64,000 nt of DNA, taken from assembly GCF_009914755.1 (NCBI RefSeq), contig NC_060937.1. One strand, written 5' to 3'. The notes beneath the pieces are model-generated. The model searched no databases, was not told the origin of the DNA, and saw only the letters and a list, made by a program, of their open reading frames with translations. A program made the translations under genes and the position numbers. Origin of the DNA: the human T2T-CHM13v2.0 reference genome, Homo sapiens. Below are positions 14,093-28,089 of this stretch, in pieces (position 1 is the stretch's first letter; each line of letters starts with the position of its first letter).

Positions 14093-15769
14093 ATTCCTGT
14101 TTATATATCATTTAGTACTCAAAAGAATGTATTACAAGGAATAATATTGATTATGACATTTATTATAAGGATTTGACTTAAATTATTATTATAACTATTA
14201 AAAAACAGGTCATTTCTTCTGTGTTTTTTGCTGTCCTGAAGTCAACCAATCAGTAAATTGAGAAGTAAAGATGAATATTAAGTCGGGGAGAGGAATGGGA
14301 AACTGAAACAAGTGAGAACAAGGTAGAATGCACGTTGTTTTCAAACCATCACCAAGACTACAACTTTCAAGATGCTAGTTACTTGAAAGAGAAACTGGCC
14401 TCCAGCTGATACCTGGCTCTGAAAGGACTGAATCAGAAAGATCTAGAGGGTCTGTGGACCCAGCTGCTCCCTCACATCAAAAACCAGAGTTGATAAGTTA
14501 ACTGATTTTTAAAATAAATAAAATTTGTCACACAGATAATTGAAGAAATATCCCTTATGTCTTTGGAGTTAAGATTCCATTAGATTTTGCATCCAACTTA
14601 AAACTCAGAATCTCCAGTAGGTGCATAGTCTTACTCTATTTTCTTGTTCAAGGCCTGTAAACAAAATTATATGTTATTTACTCACAATGGACTCTGTTAA
14701 ATTACCAGGAAGACAATGACAAGGATGGCTAATCAAAGACAAAATAACACACAATAAACACTTTTGTTTGGACATGGAGAGAAAAGCCATCACACCACTG
14801 TCCCCAGTCCAAAGCAATTTTAAATTTGAGAAGTCGTATGTTTAAGGAAGTTGATGCAAGTTTCTTCAATCTTGTCTCTGAGAGAACTCTTGGATCCTTT
14901 CCTCGATGTTCCTTACCCCCATACTGAAGTCTGTTCTTCCCTATATATTATTCTCCGTGGCTTCACCTGAAGTGAAAGTTGGGGAATATGCTTTCCTTTG
15001 AGCCATATTTAGACTTTATGTTCTATTTTCTGTTAGAGAATTACTGTTATGAAGGTTTTATCAATTCTCAACTTTCTGAGCAAAGAGCTAGGATTTTAAA
15101 TTGCTTAGCTATATAATTCCTTGGTGCACAAGTTCTGTACACCAAGTAACCACACATAGATGTTGTATCTGACCATAAAGCCAGGTATCTTATATATCTT
15201 TGTTTCTTCTCTCTCATGTCATTTTCATCAATTTAATGACATTTTTTGAAACCATCTGAAAGGGAGCTTTGTTAATCTGAAGTTGGATACAAAGTTGATT
15301 TACTTTATCTAACTCTAAGAAGTTTCACAAAGTTTTTGTTTCCCAAAGGCCTTTTTAAAGTGTTGTTATAGTCATTTGATTATTTCACTTTTTGGATTTA
15401 AGGCCAGTCAGACTTTTCAAGCTAAAATGCCTTTGACTTTAAAATATCTCTATTCCTTGCTCTCCACTTAAAAAACATAATTATCTTTCCTAAGTTGGTT
15501 TAATTATTATGATAGATTAAATAGTAGCTAAAACATTTCAGATTACTTTCAACAATTTCTGCTAGTGATACAGCCTCAGTGAACACATTGTTTGCCTTGA
15601 AAATCATTATGGGAGAGAGTTTTGCCAATCTTTGATGAGGTATAAGACAAATCTCTATCCGTGCATCCAGAAGTATTTGCTCTGTTGCCTGCTCCCTCCA
15701 GAATACTAAACCAATGGTTCTAACCTGCCAAGAAGGCACCTCAATATTAGCATCAATTTCTGTGTTAAT

Positions 15770-16345
15770 TACACAAGTTTTTTACAGATAAATTTTCAAA
15801 TCTTAGTGAATTAACCCTTCAAAAGTCATATTTGCATCTCATAACAGTGCAATGGAAGAGTTATTGGTAGGGTGGCTTTTTCTTTTTTCCCCCCCCCTTT
15901 TTTTATTATACTTTAAGTTTTAGGGTACATGTGCACAATGTGCAGGTTTGTTACATATGTATACATGTGCCATGTTGGTGTGCTGCACCCATTAGCGTAG
16001 CACTAAGACCTTCTGCTCAACAGCGTTTAAGAAAGGTATCAACAGTTTCTTTGGCTAGGCATCTGCTCAATGGATGTGATTATTTTTGTTGTTCTGCCAT
16101 TTGCTAACACCCTATGGTCTTCTGATAGATCCTCTCCATTTTATTGGTAGATATAGAGAAAAAGACTCTGAAAGGCACAAACTGTAAATTTTAATGGGCC
16201 AGGTGTGAAGGAGGGAACAGCTTCTGCTCCAATTCAATTGATGTAAACTCATTTACATGGCCACACCGAACTACAAGGGAACCTGAGAAATCGATTGGAA
16301 TAAAATGCCCAGGTTGAAAATAAACAGGTTTTAGCAAGCACATGG
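15770..16345 (-). mobile_element. Old MaLR LTR (MLT1-like) inserted in the ERV remnant
   Basis: CAAATCTTAGTGAATTAAC start; CATGGCCACACCGAACTACAAGGGA motif near the end. Confidence 0.5.
15878..15994 (-). mobile_element. Very short 5'-truncated L1PA (PA3-5-like) 3' end
   Basis: TTATTATACTTTAAGTTTTAGGGTACATGTGCACAATGTGCAGGTTTGTTAC...CACCCATTA, close to consensus. Confidence 0.9.
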
Positions 16346-17139
16346 TAGTCTCTAACACAGAATACAGAATGAATTCTTTGATGACCATCTAGGTCTTAAT
16401 AAAAGAGGAGAGTCATACAATATAAATGTTATTATAGTATGTTGATAGTTATGTTAGACTCACAGCTGAAAACCCTTTTCTTGGAGCCAATTAGTTCAAT
16501 AAGCGTGTTAAGAAGGTGCTTTGAATCATTAATTCAGCGTTTAAGGCAGTGAGATCTGTGTGCAGTAACTGAGTCAAGTGTTGCCCACAACTGCAAGCTA
16601 TTACCCTTATGGCAACCATGAAACAGATGGTCTCACAGGGCTGATTGGATCCTTCCAAAAATGCTTCAGAGGGATAGTTTTATGTGCCAATAATCAACCT
16701 CAAAAATGACTGGTAAGATTTTCCTACAGGGTTATTCCCTCTTGTGTGATATCATTACAGGAGCCTTACTCTTAGAATTGCTTGATGATGAATCATTCTG
16801 TAATTTCTTTTCTTCTTATATATGATATGGTTGCACTTGGGCCAGAGAAAGGCATTGCTTTGTGGTTTCGGGTGCTAATCAATTCCAAAACAGATGTTAG
16901 GCAAAAGACAAACTCAGTGAGAAAAAGTTGATAATACTTTATTGCCCAGATTTTATATCTTCCCCCAATTCTATTTACAGGTAATACATAAGCTATGATC
17001 AGATATCTGTAAATGGAATTATAAGATAATAAAACAGACCAGCTTTGTTCATGCATCACTCTTGAAATAAAATATGAATAGAATTCTCTAAGCTGATCAG
17101 ATGAATAGATTTGTGTTCTAATAAGAGTACAACTCTGTG

Positions 17140-17489
<350 letters not shown>

Positions 17490-18867
17490 TCAATTTCCTT
17501 ATCACTTGAATAAACATTGTGTCCAGATAGACTCTGCACTATTAACAAGTTATCTATGAATATTTCATTAATTCCAGCATGACTCATAGTATATAAACAA
17601 TATCATTTGATATCAGTCAAAGTAGCCACCTTTAATCCCCAGAACACTGGTGGGTAAGACTGGCATACGTAAAGGGATCCTCCTCTCCAATTTTAGAGAT
17701 AAGTTAGTTGAATTGTAATGTATTCTATGTATTTTTCATAAAGGGATAGACCAAGTATAAGTAACCAGATAAATCTGTAAATTGTTCTGTCTTCTACCTT
17801 AAGCTTATGCCATAGTTCAACACAGAAACACCATGCTGTATTTAACAAGCACCTTATTAAAATGAATTATAGTTGTTTCCTTGTTACCTGTGTAAAGACT
17901 GCAATATTAATACTATAAATTTTAGTTTATAATAACACCACTGAAGTTTTCATATCACCTTATGCATTAATGTAACACTAATTATTAGGAATTTACCATG
18001 GTTCTTATTAACTTCAACATTTTTTGCCTTTGAAAATCTAAGTATAATTAATTTGTATAATTAATATTTTAAAGCTACAGGTAGTTGGTATACTGCATTG
18101 ATTATAGTAATAGTGTATTAATATTGGGTACTTTAAGAGTCAGAATGTCAAAAGGCACAAAGTAAGGTTTTCAGTTAATTGCCATACAATGTCTCTCATG
18201 GAATTCAATAAACTTGGAGGTTTTGCCAACCAATTATATAAGAACTTCAGCTCCAATATTTATAAGTTAGAATTATTTAGAAGGTAAATATTGTGTAAAG
18301 GTAAAGTAATGCTGACAAATAATGACAACTAGTTGATTATGAATCTTTTTGGTGGGTTCATGGTAAAGATACAGTATGATGGTTTAATGAATAGTGTATG
18401 ATGGATTTTTTTAAATCCATAATGACCATCTTGCCAATTATAATCACTTTGGGAACTGGGATCCAAAAGAGAAAGCTGATCAAAATATGAAAGTGTGTGC
18501 CATTTTATTGCAAAAATAAATAAAAATATATTATTTTCAATTTTCAGTGGTGGGATACAGGACAAGAGGAAACATACATGAAGTCTGCAACTCACTTCTG
18601 GGTGGTCACAGTAAAACCCTCACCTGCCCACTTATCTCTCTTTTACACATTTCTAGTAGATGCTAATGATGCAACATATAGATATGCAAATTTAACTAAC
18701 CTTACGAAAACAATTTTGTGCTTGTCTGTTTTAAAAAAGCAATAAACAATAATACATAAATGCTATAATAAATTCTGATTCTCAGTCCCAATATCTTGTC
18801 AGAATAGCTCCTTCCTTGATTGAAGGGGCTGAGGTACTCAGTTGAATAAATGAGCTAACTAGTATAG

Positions 18868-19225
18868 GAAGGGCTATGCTTTCTGGGACCTCCAGAGGTC
18901 AGTCTGTTTCTTTGTCTTTTCCAGCTTCTAACTGCTGCCTGTATTCCTGGGTTCTTTACTCTTTCTTTCATCTTTAAAGCAAACAATGGTGAGATGAGTC
19001 CTTTTATATCACACCATTCCAACTTCTTCCATTTGTAGGAGTTTGGGATTACACTGGGCACACCTAAATATTTCAGAGTGATCTTTCTAATTTGAAGTCC
19101 GTTGCTTAGCAAACTTAATTACATATGCAATCTAAATTTTTTTGTAACGTAACGTATTTACAGGTTCTGAGAATTAGGATATAGGCATCTTTGAGAAGCC
19201 CTTATCTCATTCCCTGCCTACCATA
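18868..19225 (-). mobile_element. MLT1 (C/D/E-like) MaLR LTR fragment
   Basis: TTTTCCAGCTTCTA, TTACACTGGGCACACC and TTTACAGGTTCTGAGAATTAGGA motifs. Confidence 0.75.
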
Positions 19226-20398
19226 GGTACCTTTTGCTATACATTTTCCAACATGAATAGACTTTGAAACTTTGAAATAAAATCACCTTTTACATTTATG
19301 ATTCATTTTATGGGTTATGAAAACTGTGCCTGACTAACCTGTGACATGGACTGCAATTACAAGCCACTGTGAAGTCAGTGAAACCAAAGTTTAGCAATAA
19401 AATATTTTAACTTTTAACTGAATGTATAGTTAATTTAACTCACATACATACATGTATACACACATACATACACACTCACATACACATGTAATCTGAAAAC
19501 AGGAGAGACCTGTCTTACTTGTATGTTTTATTTGAATATAGAAGTAACAAAACAAAAAAAAAAATGTGTGCTGGCTACTAAAATAGTCTTGCAAAATTTG
19601 TTCTAGTTTTTAAATTGCTTTTATTTTACAAGGTTATGATTCTCCTGCACTCTGAACAACTCAATATAGTGTTTAGGTCTATTATCTATTTGTAGTCATA
19701 ATACTGCAGGTGCAACTGCCAACCTTCCAGATCAGAGTCACCTTGGTTATAAGGGCGAACCAATTAAACTTAGGAAAAGTAAGCCAGCAAAGTGGTATTA
19801 TTAGCTTTGAGATAATGATGAAAAGTTATAAAAATTAGTTGAGACTTTTCAAAATAATGATACTTGAGTTTAAAATTTGGTCAAAGTAAAAATAAACTAT
19901 TCCTTTACAAATAATAGACTATAGTATTGTTGTCAGATGATTTTCAACCAAAAATGTATCTCACCATAAAAAAGAACCTTCTTTTAAATAACTTTTTTCT
20001 ATCTAAGAGCACATCCATAACCTGATAAACCACAAAACCTGGGAGAGATATACATTAATTTAATAAGTATTTAGCAACTTTAAATTAGAAACTAAGATAA
20101 TTCCTGAGGTAGAAATAGTCTTTTTTTTTTAACTGAAACTAAGCATGCAAGGTATTCATGCATATTACTAGAAACTATTTAGACGTATCTTGTAGTTCGT
20201 ATTATTGTTTTATAGAGAAAAATGTTGTATTAATCCTATTGATTAAGACATATGGGAAATTATATTGTGCGGTACCCACAAATTTGTTACGTCTCTGATT
20301 TCTATTCTGTCTTATTTAAATTGAAAAACAAATAGAAATGAGAGTTTTTATCACAAATAAAACTTAGTTTCTGTGCCTATAGTATGTACATGTGTCTC

Positions 20399-20434
20399 CT
20401 GAAGAAACACTGTTTTCTGAAGAAACACTGTTTT
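20399..20434. repeat. Perfect 18-bp tandem duplication CTGAAGAAACACTGTTTT x2
   Basis: Direct reading. Confidence 0.9.
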
Positions 20435-21021
20435 CCAGAAATTTACCTAAAATAATTATTTGGCTGGGCTGTTTACTGTTATTTGCTTTTCATTGACAGA
20501 TATCATTTCTTCTAATATCTGTTGTATGGCATTGACATATTTTACTACTAACACTATCCAATCTCTTATTTTTAGATCTAACTATAATGACTGCATTAGA
20601 TACATTTACATTAATTTCCTGTTGTATAAAAATAATATGGCAAGATAATTACAGTGTTTTAAATAAACAATAAAATGCATTTAAATATATAAAATACAAT
20701 GTGGGAAATATTTAAAAATCAATTTAATTAAACTTTAAAGAGTATATATATATATCTCTATCTTTCTATTTTTGAACTGGAATTTTTTTTTGTAATTAGA
20801 AATTATACCTTTAAAAATCTCTAAATTTCTGGGAAACTAAAACTGAAAGAATGACAGTGAGACCATGCACAAAATAGAAAAAAGAGAAAATTACTTGCAA
20901 TGACTATAATTTTGAACTTCTTGAAATTTAGCACTTCAATATTAGTTCAGTAAAATCTGTATTATATTTTGCAAGTGCTAGGTACTTTCAATTTTAATTT
21001 TATGTGTGGTCAACTAACATG

Positions 21022-21593
21022 TGAAAATACATGGCTGTGCTTTGGTCAAGGATAGGCTGAGGTAGGATGTTTACATCCTGCGTGACTCAATGAGTCTAGA
21101 GCGCAAGAATATAACTCCACTTGTTAACATAACCATGTAGACATAACATAGAGAAGTTCACCACCATAGCCACAACATGGGGAACACCATCACTTGTCTC
21201 TAAGCCACTATTGTCTGTAAAAGGTATAATTGTCCTGTTGACACTGTACAGGGGTACTGGCCCCCAGAGAAAGAGACAGTCAGAGTTGTCTGTGTTTGCA
21301 TACGGACAGAGGGGAGCCAGGACACAGCTCAGCTTGATCATGCCCAGAGAGAGAAAGAGTTAAGCTTCTGACCCTGAAGGCAAGGGAGAGCCGGCCATGC
21401 AGCTGTGTGTGGGGGCCACCTGACTAAGCAGCTAAGACAGGGCAGATAGTGTGAGAGAAAGCTGTTGATGACAGCTGCTGCTGAATAAAATCATTTTTCA
21501 CCTGCCTACGCCCCACCCCGAGTGTTCTTTCTGCTCATCTACGTGCTCCCTCAGGACTTCAACATGACCTTTGGTGTAATTGTGAACCTGACA
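21022..21593 (+). mobile_element. Solo LTR18 (LTR18B-like, HERV-S/ERVL) with perfect ACATG TSD
   Basis: TG...CA ends; ACATG at 21017-21021 and 21594-21598; GTGCTTTGGTCAAGGATAGG and GCGTGACTCA motifs; AATAAA at 21484. Confidence 0.85.
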
Positions 21594-22865
21594 ACATGAT
21601 AGAAAAATTCACAGGACAAAACTGATGAATTTGCATTATTTCACAAAGAGTTCTGTGTAGATAACTCTTAAAATTTATCAACAAACAATACACACACACA
21701 ACTTGCTAATAAGTATGATCAAAGATCGAAGTGTGTTCTTTTTATGAATCTAAAAGTAAACCAAAATGTGAAACTAAAGGTTTTAGAGTTAAAGTAACTC
21801 AGATATCCTCATCACCTGTGAACCGGATATAAAACTTCAGAAAGTCTCATAACTTTTCACTTTCAGGATTGTGTTCCAGATGGCTCTTCTGTCCTCCCAT
21901 TAAACAGGGAGATTGCAGAATGCAGGCCGTCAACTGCACAAAGTATTTGTTGTTGTTGTTATTTGTCCACTGATGTATGTTTGGATAGAGTGCGCTTGTT
22001 TTATGTACAATTGGGGAGCAGATGTAGGTTATAGTAGCTCCTTGACCCAAACCCTTAGTAACTTGCTAATGCATGTTTGGTTATTTGGGTATGGTATGGG
22101 CATCGGCATCATATATTTGTGCAGAGTATATAAGGACATGATTTCTATTCTGGGTATAGTGTATAACAAATATATACTTTCTAGTCTTCTGAGTCATTCA
22201 TCTTCTAATCAAGATCCATTCACCAAAGTATTTTCAGGCATTCCTACACAGTCTTGCCTGGGGAATGCTGCTGGGTCTGGGGTTTGAGTTCTATTTATAA
22301 AGCACGTGGTGAAACCACCTAAAACGACAACAAGTGGGGTTTCACTAAGTTTACAGATTATATCTTATAAAATGTTTTGTGACTGCTTGTCAATTTGTAT
22401 ATAATAAATATCTCTATGAGGTGCAGAATTTGGCGTCAGACTTAGTTTCATGTAATCTGCTATTGAGGTTGTGGAATAGAGTAGCTAATATTTTCCACAT
22501 CATGTTTTTGACAGCTAATGCAACCAATCACTACAAAATATAGCCTCATTTTTGCATAATTAAGTTGATTTAAATCAATTCACAAGAAAAATTGAATAGT
22601 TTATTCGTGGGAATAAATTATTGAAAGGAACCCAAACACCCTAACAATAAATACAAAAGTCAGTGAACCCATGAAAGCATGACAGACAAAATAATGAATA
22701 ATCATCTTCTTCTGAGCAAGGATCTTAGAATTTTAAAAATATAAAAATTCGAGCAAAGTCAGTCAAATGTTCTCTTTACCCCCAAATATTCTACATTGCA
22801 CTCTCCAATTTTGTGTAATACTAGGAAAGAAGTATTTCTTCAATACAATTCATTTACATGGATTT

Positions 22866-23019
22866 CTTTTTTTAAAAAAGAGGGAGTCTCACTTTGCTGC
22901 CCAGGCTGGAGGGCAGTAGCAGGATCACAGTTCACTGCAGGTATGAACTCCTGGGATTGAGGAATCCCCCAGCTTCAACCTCCCAAGTAGCTGGAAGTAA
23001 GGGTGTGAGTCACTGTGCT
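22866..23019 (-). mobile_element. Free Alu monomer (FAM/FRAM-like)
   Basis: Single Alu arm; TSD-like TACATGGATTT / TACACAGATTT. Confidence 0.8.
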
Positions 23020-24344
23020 ACACAGATTTTTTTTTTTTAATTCTTCCTTGCTCACTTATATCTTCATGGTATTATAGCTAATGTTAAGAATAATAATAAC
23101 ATGATAGTGCATACTGATTTATATGTATACAAATATGTTGTATACAAACATAAGCATTTTTTTATTTCAAAGCATTTTTATTTGTTGTGTTTTATTTTTG
23201 TTTCTCTTAAGGTCTTGTACCTCTTTTGATTTGGGGGCCAGTTTTACTTCTAGCTTTCCTTGAGGTATTTATCTGAGGAAGAGTTTTAGGTTGGTCTTAC
23301 TACATCTAATATGACATTGAGAGATACAGAAAGTCCTCTCTAAACTCAAAATCGTTCTTAAACTTCCCCTTTTCTGTTTCTTAAATTTATCACATTTCCT
23401 ATCCCTAACATCACATGTCCTTATTTACATAGAAATTGGTTTTACAAATTTAAAATATAATCTTATAACTTAATTCATTTTCATACATTTCCTAATGTAT
23501 CTAATCATCCTCTGCATAATTAAGTAAAACAGCTTACAACATTCAAGTAGACCAAAGAATACTCAAAAATAAATAAATAAAAGAAACAAAGGTAGTTTTG
23601 GATTAGTTACTTTACCTCAACTTTTTCATCTCCTTACAACTTTGAAATAGAGTCAGAATAAACAAGGGCCAAGGTAACTACTTTCACTTGCTTAATTTTG
23701 TCAAAATTGTCTCTAAATAAAAGAAATTTCCCGTGTTTTTCAGCTTTCCACTACTTTAAATAAGAGCAAAACTGAAAGCCATTCTTCTCTAAAGGTATGT
23801 GCCATGTGTTTGAATTCAAAAGCTTTAATTCAAACCTATTACTTCAGATTAAATATACATGAAGATCACCTGAAGTAAAAAAAATCATTATAAACCATAT
23901 TAATATAAAAAAGTTCATATTTTAAATTTTACAGAAAATATTTGATTTGTCCCACTTTCTTTAAATACGTTAAAACTCTATTCTTTCTGACTTTGGTTAA
24001 ACTTTTAAATTGGTGTAAACATATAAACACATACAATTCTCATGTGAATAAATGTTATCTCACATAGAACATGAAACCACTGCTTCCCAATTTCTGCAAA
24101 ATGGTTGGAAATAAGCAGAATAATAACATATAAAGACAGGGATATTAGCCAAGTCTATTCATTATATGCAAATATTTACACACACATACACAATATATAC
24201 ATACATGAATATGTTATATAGAGAGAGGTATATTTACTGTTCTAAAATAAAACATTAAAATTTCATCATTGGGCTTTTCAACAAAAATGGTTTTGCTGTC
24301 TGTGGAATTATATTTCACTCTAATTTGGGATTATTAAAGTGAAT

Positions 24345-25427
24345 GCATTAGCTTTCTATTTGCTGCTGTAACAGATTCCCACACATGTAGCCCATTAAGG
24401 CAACACAAATTTACTATCTCATGGTTCTAAAGGTGAGAAGTTCATGTGGGCTGGACTGGCTCATTTGCTCTTGGTTTCTGAAGACCAAAATCAATATAGC
24501 TTGTGTTCCTGTGCTATTACCTTCAAGCTTTCAGGGAGAATCTGTTTCTAGGCTCATTCAGGCTCTCGGTAGAATTCAGTTGCTTCCAGCAGTCCCTGAC
24601 CTTTTTGGCACCAAAGACTGGTTTTGTGGAAGACAATTTTTCCATGCACTAGGGGCAAGGAGATGGTTTCAGGGTGATTAAAATGCACTACATTTATTGT
24701 GCACTTCATTTCTATTATTATTACATTGTAAAATACAATGAAATAATTATACAACTCATCATAATGTGGAATCAGTGGGGGCCCTGAGCTTGTGGTCCTG
24801 CAACCACATGGTCGCATCTTGGGGTGATGGGAGACAGTGACAATGATCAGGCATTAGATTCTCATAAGGAGTGCGCAACCTAGATCCCTTGTATGTGCAG
24901 GTCACAATAGGGTTCTCGCTGCTATGAGAATCTAATGCTTCTGCTGATCTGACAGGAGGTGGAGCTCGAGCCGTGACATTTGCTTGCCCTCCGCTCACTT
25001 CCTTCTCAGCCACTTGGTTCCTAACTGGTCATGGACTGGTACTGGTCCATGAACTGGGGGTTGGGGAACCCTGAGTTATAGGGTTGAAAACCCAGTTTTT
25101 GTTTGTTTTCTGGCTATCACGTAAGTATCTCCACATTGCCCCCTTTGTCTTCAAATCAGCAGTATTGCTTTAAATCATCATGACTTGATTCTATCTGACT
25201 TTCCTCACTGCTGAATCTCTTCTGCTACAGGTAAGAGAAAGTTCTCTGTTTTAAGGGTTGATGTACTTAGATTGGGCTCACCTGGAGTATCCAGGCTAAT
25301 CTCCCTATTATAAGGTTCCTGTTATCTGGGAAACTTTTTTTTTCCTGTAATGCAATGTATTCACAGGTTTAGGTGAATAAGGCATAAAAAACTCTGGGGA
25401 GGAAGTGGCATAATCCTGTCTATCATA
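24345..25427 (-). mobile_element. MLT1 (MLT1E-like) LTR split by MER1A
   Basis: TTTCTATTTGCTGCTGTAACA start. AGAATTCAGTT is interrupted at 24586 and the MLT1 text resumes at 25074. Confidence 0.7.
24587..25073 (-). mobile_element. MER1A (hAT-Charlie) non-autonomous DNA transposon
   Basis: Ends CAGCAGTCCCTGACCTTTTTGGCACC and GGTTGGGGAACCCTG; internal GCATTAGATTCTCATAAGGAGTGCGCAACCTAGATCCC. Confidence 0.88.
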
Positions 25428-25482
25428 GTGTATTTTGCTCCAATCCTTAAAAAAAAAATGCTTAAAAAAATACAAGTTTTAA

Positions 25483-26003
25483 CCCTTTTCCCATTTGCCT
25501 CAAGAATACTCGCCGGTGGCAGTTGCAGCTGCAGCATTTATCCTGAGATAACTTTGCCACGAAATATCTGGATTTTATTTATTTATTTTTTCGCATCACT
25601 CTAGTATATTGACTTTGGAAACAAAAGACATCATTCTATTTATAGCATTCTGTTTTTAGGAGTAGTATTTCCATTTCCAAAATATAGTAATTTTTGAGCG
25701 CTGAAATGTCAAATCCTAGAAAACGTGGCATTCTTACGCATGATGTTAACATCCTTCTGGAGCAGTCATTGGCCAAACATTTATTTGATGAATGCAATTT
25801 TTCCAAAATAGATGATTCTGATGATTTAGACAATTCTGATATTCTGCTTAGAAATAACTCCAATAATAGTTTATTTATATATATATAATGTATATATATT
25901 TACATTGAAAATCAGTCAGTTTTGCTTCAGCCTCAAAGAGCATGTTGATGTAAAATTAAATGAGTGCTGGCAGCAAGCTGCACTTTTCTTCTAAATGGGA
26001 AAG
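25483..26003 (+). mobile_element. MER75 (piggyBac family) with TTAA TSD
   Basis: TTAA|CCCTTTTCCCATTTG...AAATGGGAAAG|TTAA; the right TIR is shortened. Confidence 0.9.
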
Positions 26004-26051
26004 TTAAATAGCATTCTTTGGGTTAGATTTTTATTTTAAAGATCTAACAAT

Positions 26052-26055
<4 letters not shown>

Positions 26056-26113
<58 letters not shown>
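26056..26113. repeat. (TG)n microsatellite, about 29 units with one TA interruption
   Basis: Direct reading. Confidence 0.97.
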
Positions 26114-26778
26114 CTTTTCAATCCTATGTCGATTTGGTGTAACCTGAGATTTCATCTGGAATGAATTGACTATGAAAAGGTTATGTTTACTGTGTTTTTG
26201 CCGTAATTAGTATTCTGAGCATTCCTTTGGAAAAAAAAAAAAAAGCCTACTTTTAAAAATCTGCCCTTAGGTAAATAATTAATTTTAAAATGATTGTAGA
26301 AACTCTTTCAAAATCAGATTTTGAAGAAATCCTTGGACTACATTAAAGGTAAAATTATTTTACAATGAGTATCCCATTTATGTTTTCCCCCATATCATTT
26401 TAGAACAGCATTTACATTGGTTTTGTATAAGAACTCTCAGTTTTGGCTTCATAGAAGTAGAAATGCAACTGCCCGTCACTCTATCCCATTGTATTAGAAT
26501 ATCTATTCCTGCTTCATTTTTTCTGTAGGATTTATGAGTTAGATTTAACTCCTAGCCAAAGCTCAAGATTACCTACTCTTCCTCTACCCTGAAAATAAAA
26601 TGTATTTGGGCCATGACCATGAAGAAAAGGGGGACATGTAAACATTTACAGTATTATCTCCTGATTAAATGCTGTTCTTTATGTTATTTTTATCTTTTTC
26701 AACAAATGCCTGGAGCATGAGGACTGGAGCACTGTCCTGATGGAAAACCAGCAGAAGTCCAATGTGCTAATTCTGATT

Positions 26779-27610
26779 AAGGAACTCAAAGAACTCAACA
26801 ACAACAACAAATAGCCTCATTAAAAGATGGGCAAAACACATGAATAGATATTTTTCAAAAGACAGCATAGAAATGGCCAACAAGAATATGAAAAAAAATG
26901 TTCAGCATCATGAATGTCATCTTACACTAGTCAGAATGGCTATTATTAAAAAGTCAAAAACAACTAATGTTGGCAAGGATGCAGAGAAAAGAGAACACTT
27001 ACACACTGTTGGTGGGAGTGTGAATTAGTACAGCCTCTGTGGAAAATAGTATGGAGCTTTCTCCAAAAATGAAAAATAGAACTACCATTTGATCCAGCAG
27101 TACAATTACTGGGTGTCTAACCAAAGCAAAAGAAATAATTATATCAACAAGATATCTACACTTATATGTTTATCACAGCACTATTCACAACAGCAGAACT
27201 ATGAAATCAGCCTTAAGTGTCCATCAATGGATAATTGGATAAAGAAAATATGGTATATATTGAAATACTATTCAGCCACATAAAAGGATGAATTCATGTC
27301 TTTTGCAGCAACATGAACTGGAGGTCATTATCTTAAGTGAAACAACTCAGGAAGTCAAATACTGAATGTTCTCATTTACAAGTGGAAGGTAAAGCTAAGG
27401 TATGCACATGGACATACAGCATGGAATGACAGATCCTGGAGACTCCAAAAGGAAGGGGGCAGAAGAGTGATAGGTGGTGGTAAATTACTTAGTGGGTACA
27501 ACGTACAGCATTCTGGTGACAGATGTACAAAAAGCCAAGATTTCACCACTACACAATATATTCATGTAAAAAAAATTGCTCTTGTACCCTTTAAATGTAT
27601 ACCCCCCAAA
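26779..27610 (+). mobile_element. L1MA (MA2/3-like) ORF2 C-terminus and 3' UTR
   Basis: MNRYFSKD..HLTLVRMAIIKKSK..CWWEC-type text; 3' UTR CAAGATTTCACCACTACACAATATATTCATGT. Confidence 0.85.
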
Positions 27611-28028
27611 ACATCAGAAAGTCTCAGAGGAATGGAACACAATCCCAGGAAAAGGTAATGTAAAGTTGGAAATGGTTTAGATCATCCGGTCCTGGGCCAT
27701 GTGGGTTATTTCTATTTCCTGAGTATATTGTTTTCCTGAACTTTCTCTTCCAGGTGCATATGTAGGATTAAAAATCTGTCTTCAGCACAGAAGTTGAAGA
27801 AAGTGGTTGTACTGACATAAAGTCTAACAGGTTATATGTATTTGAGGCTAAATTACGAAAACAAAATAAAACATTACCAATTCCCATGGGATGGTTTATG
27901 TACATTCACATTTAGGGAAAGCGTGCCATATTTTTTGGAAAAAAAGGAACTAATTATATAATACATTTTCCAAAACTGTCATAAGACCGTAAGCATTCCA
28001 CTTTTTCAAGCCACAGTTTAAGTTACAT

Positions 28029-28089
28029 AGTTAAGATATATACAGTTAAGATATATATATAGTTAAGATATATACAGTTAAGATATATA
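28029..28089. repeat. Minisatellite, four copies of AGTTAAGATATATA(C/TAT)
   Basis: Direct reading. Confidence 0.9.

Noticed and set aside
21913-22287. 124-aa hydrophobic ORF, or the 5' LTR of the decayed provirus
   Set aside because: No recognisable domain, and I could not align it to the putative LTR at 14100-14627.
25636-25888. Overlapping ORFs suggesting a piggyBac transposase
   Set aside because: MER75 is a non-autonomous element of about 520 bp. At most an acidic N-terminal remnant is present, with no catalytic domain.
28029-28089. CRISPR-like short repeats
   Set aside because: Contiguous minisatellite with no unique spacers and no cas genes, in eukaryotic DNA.
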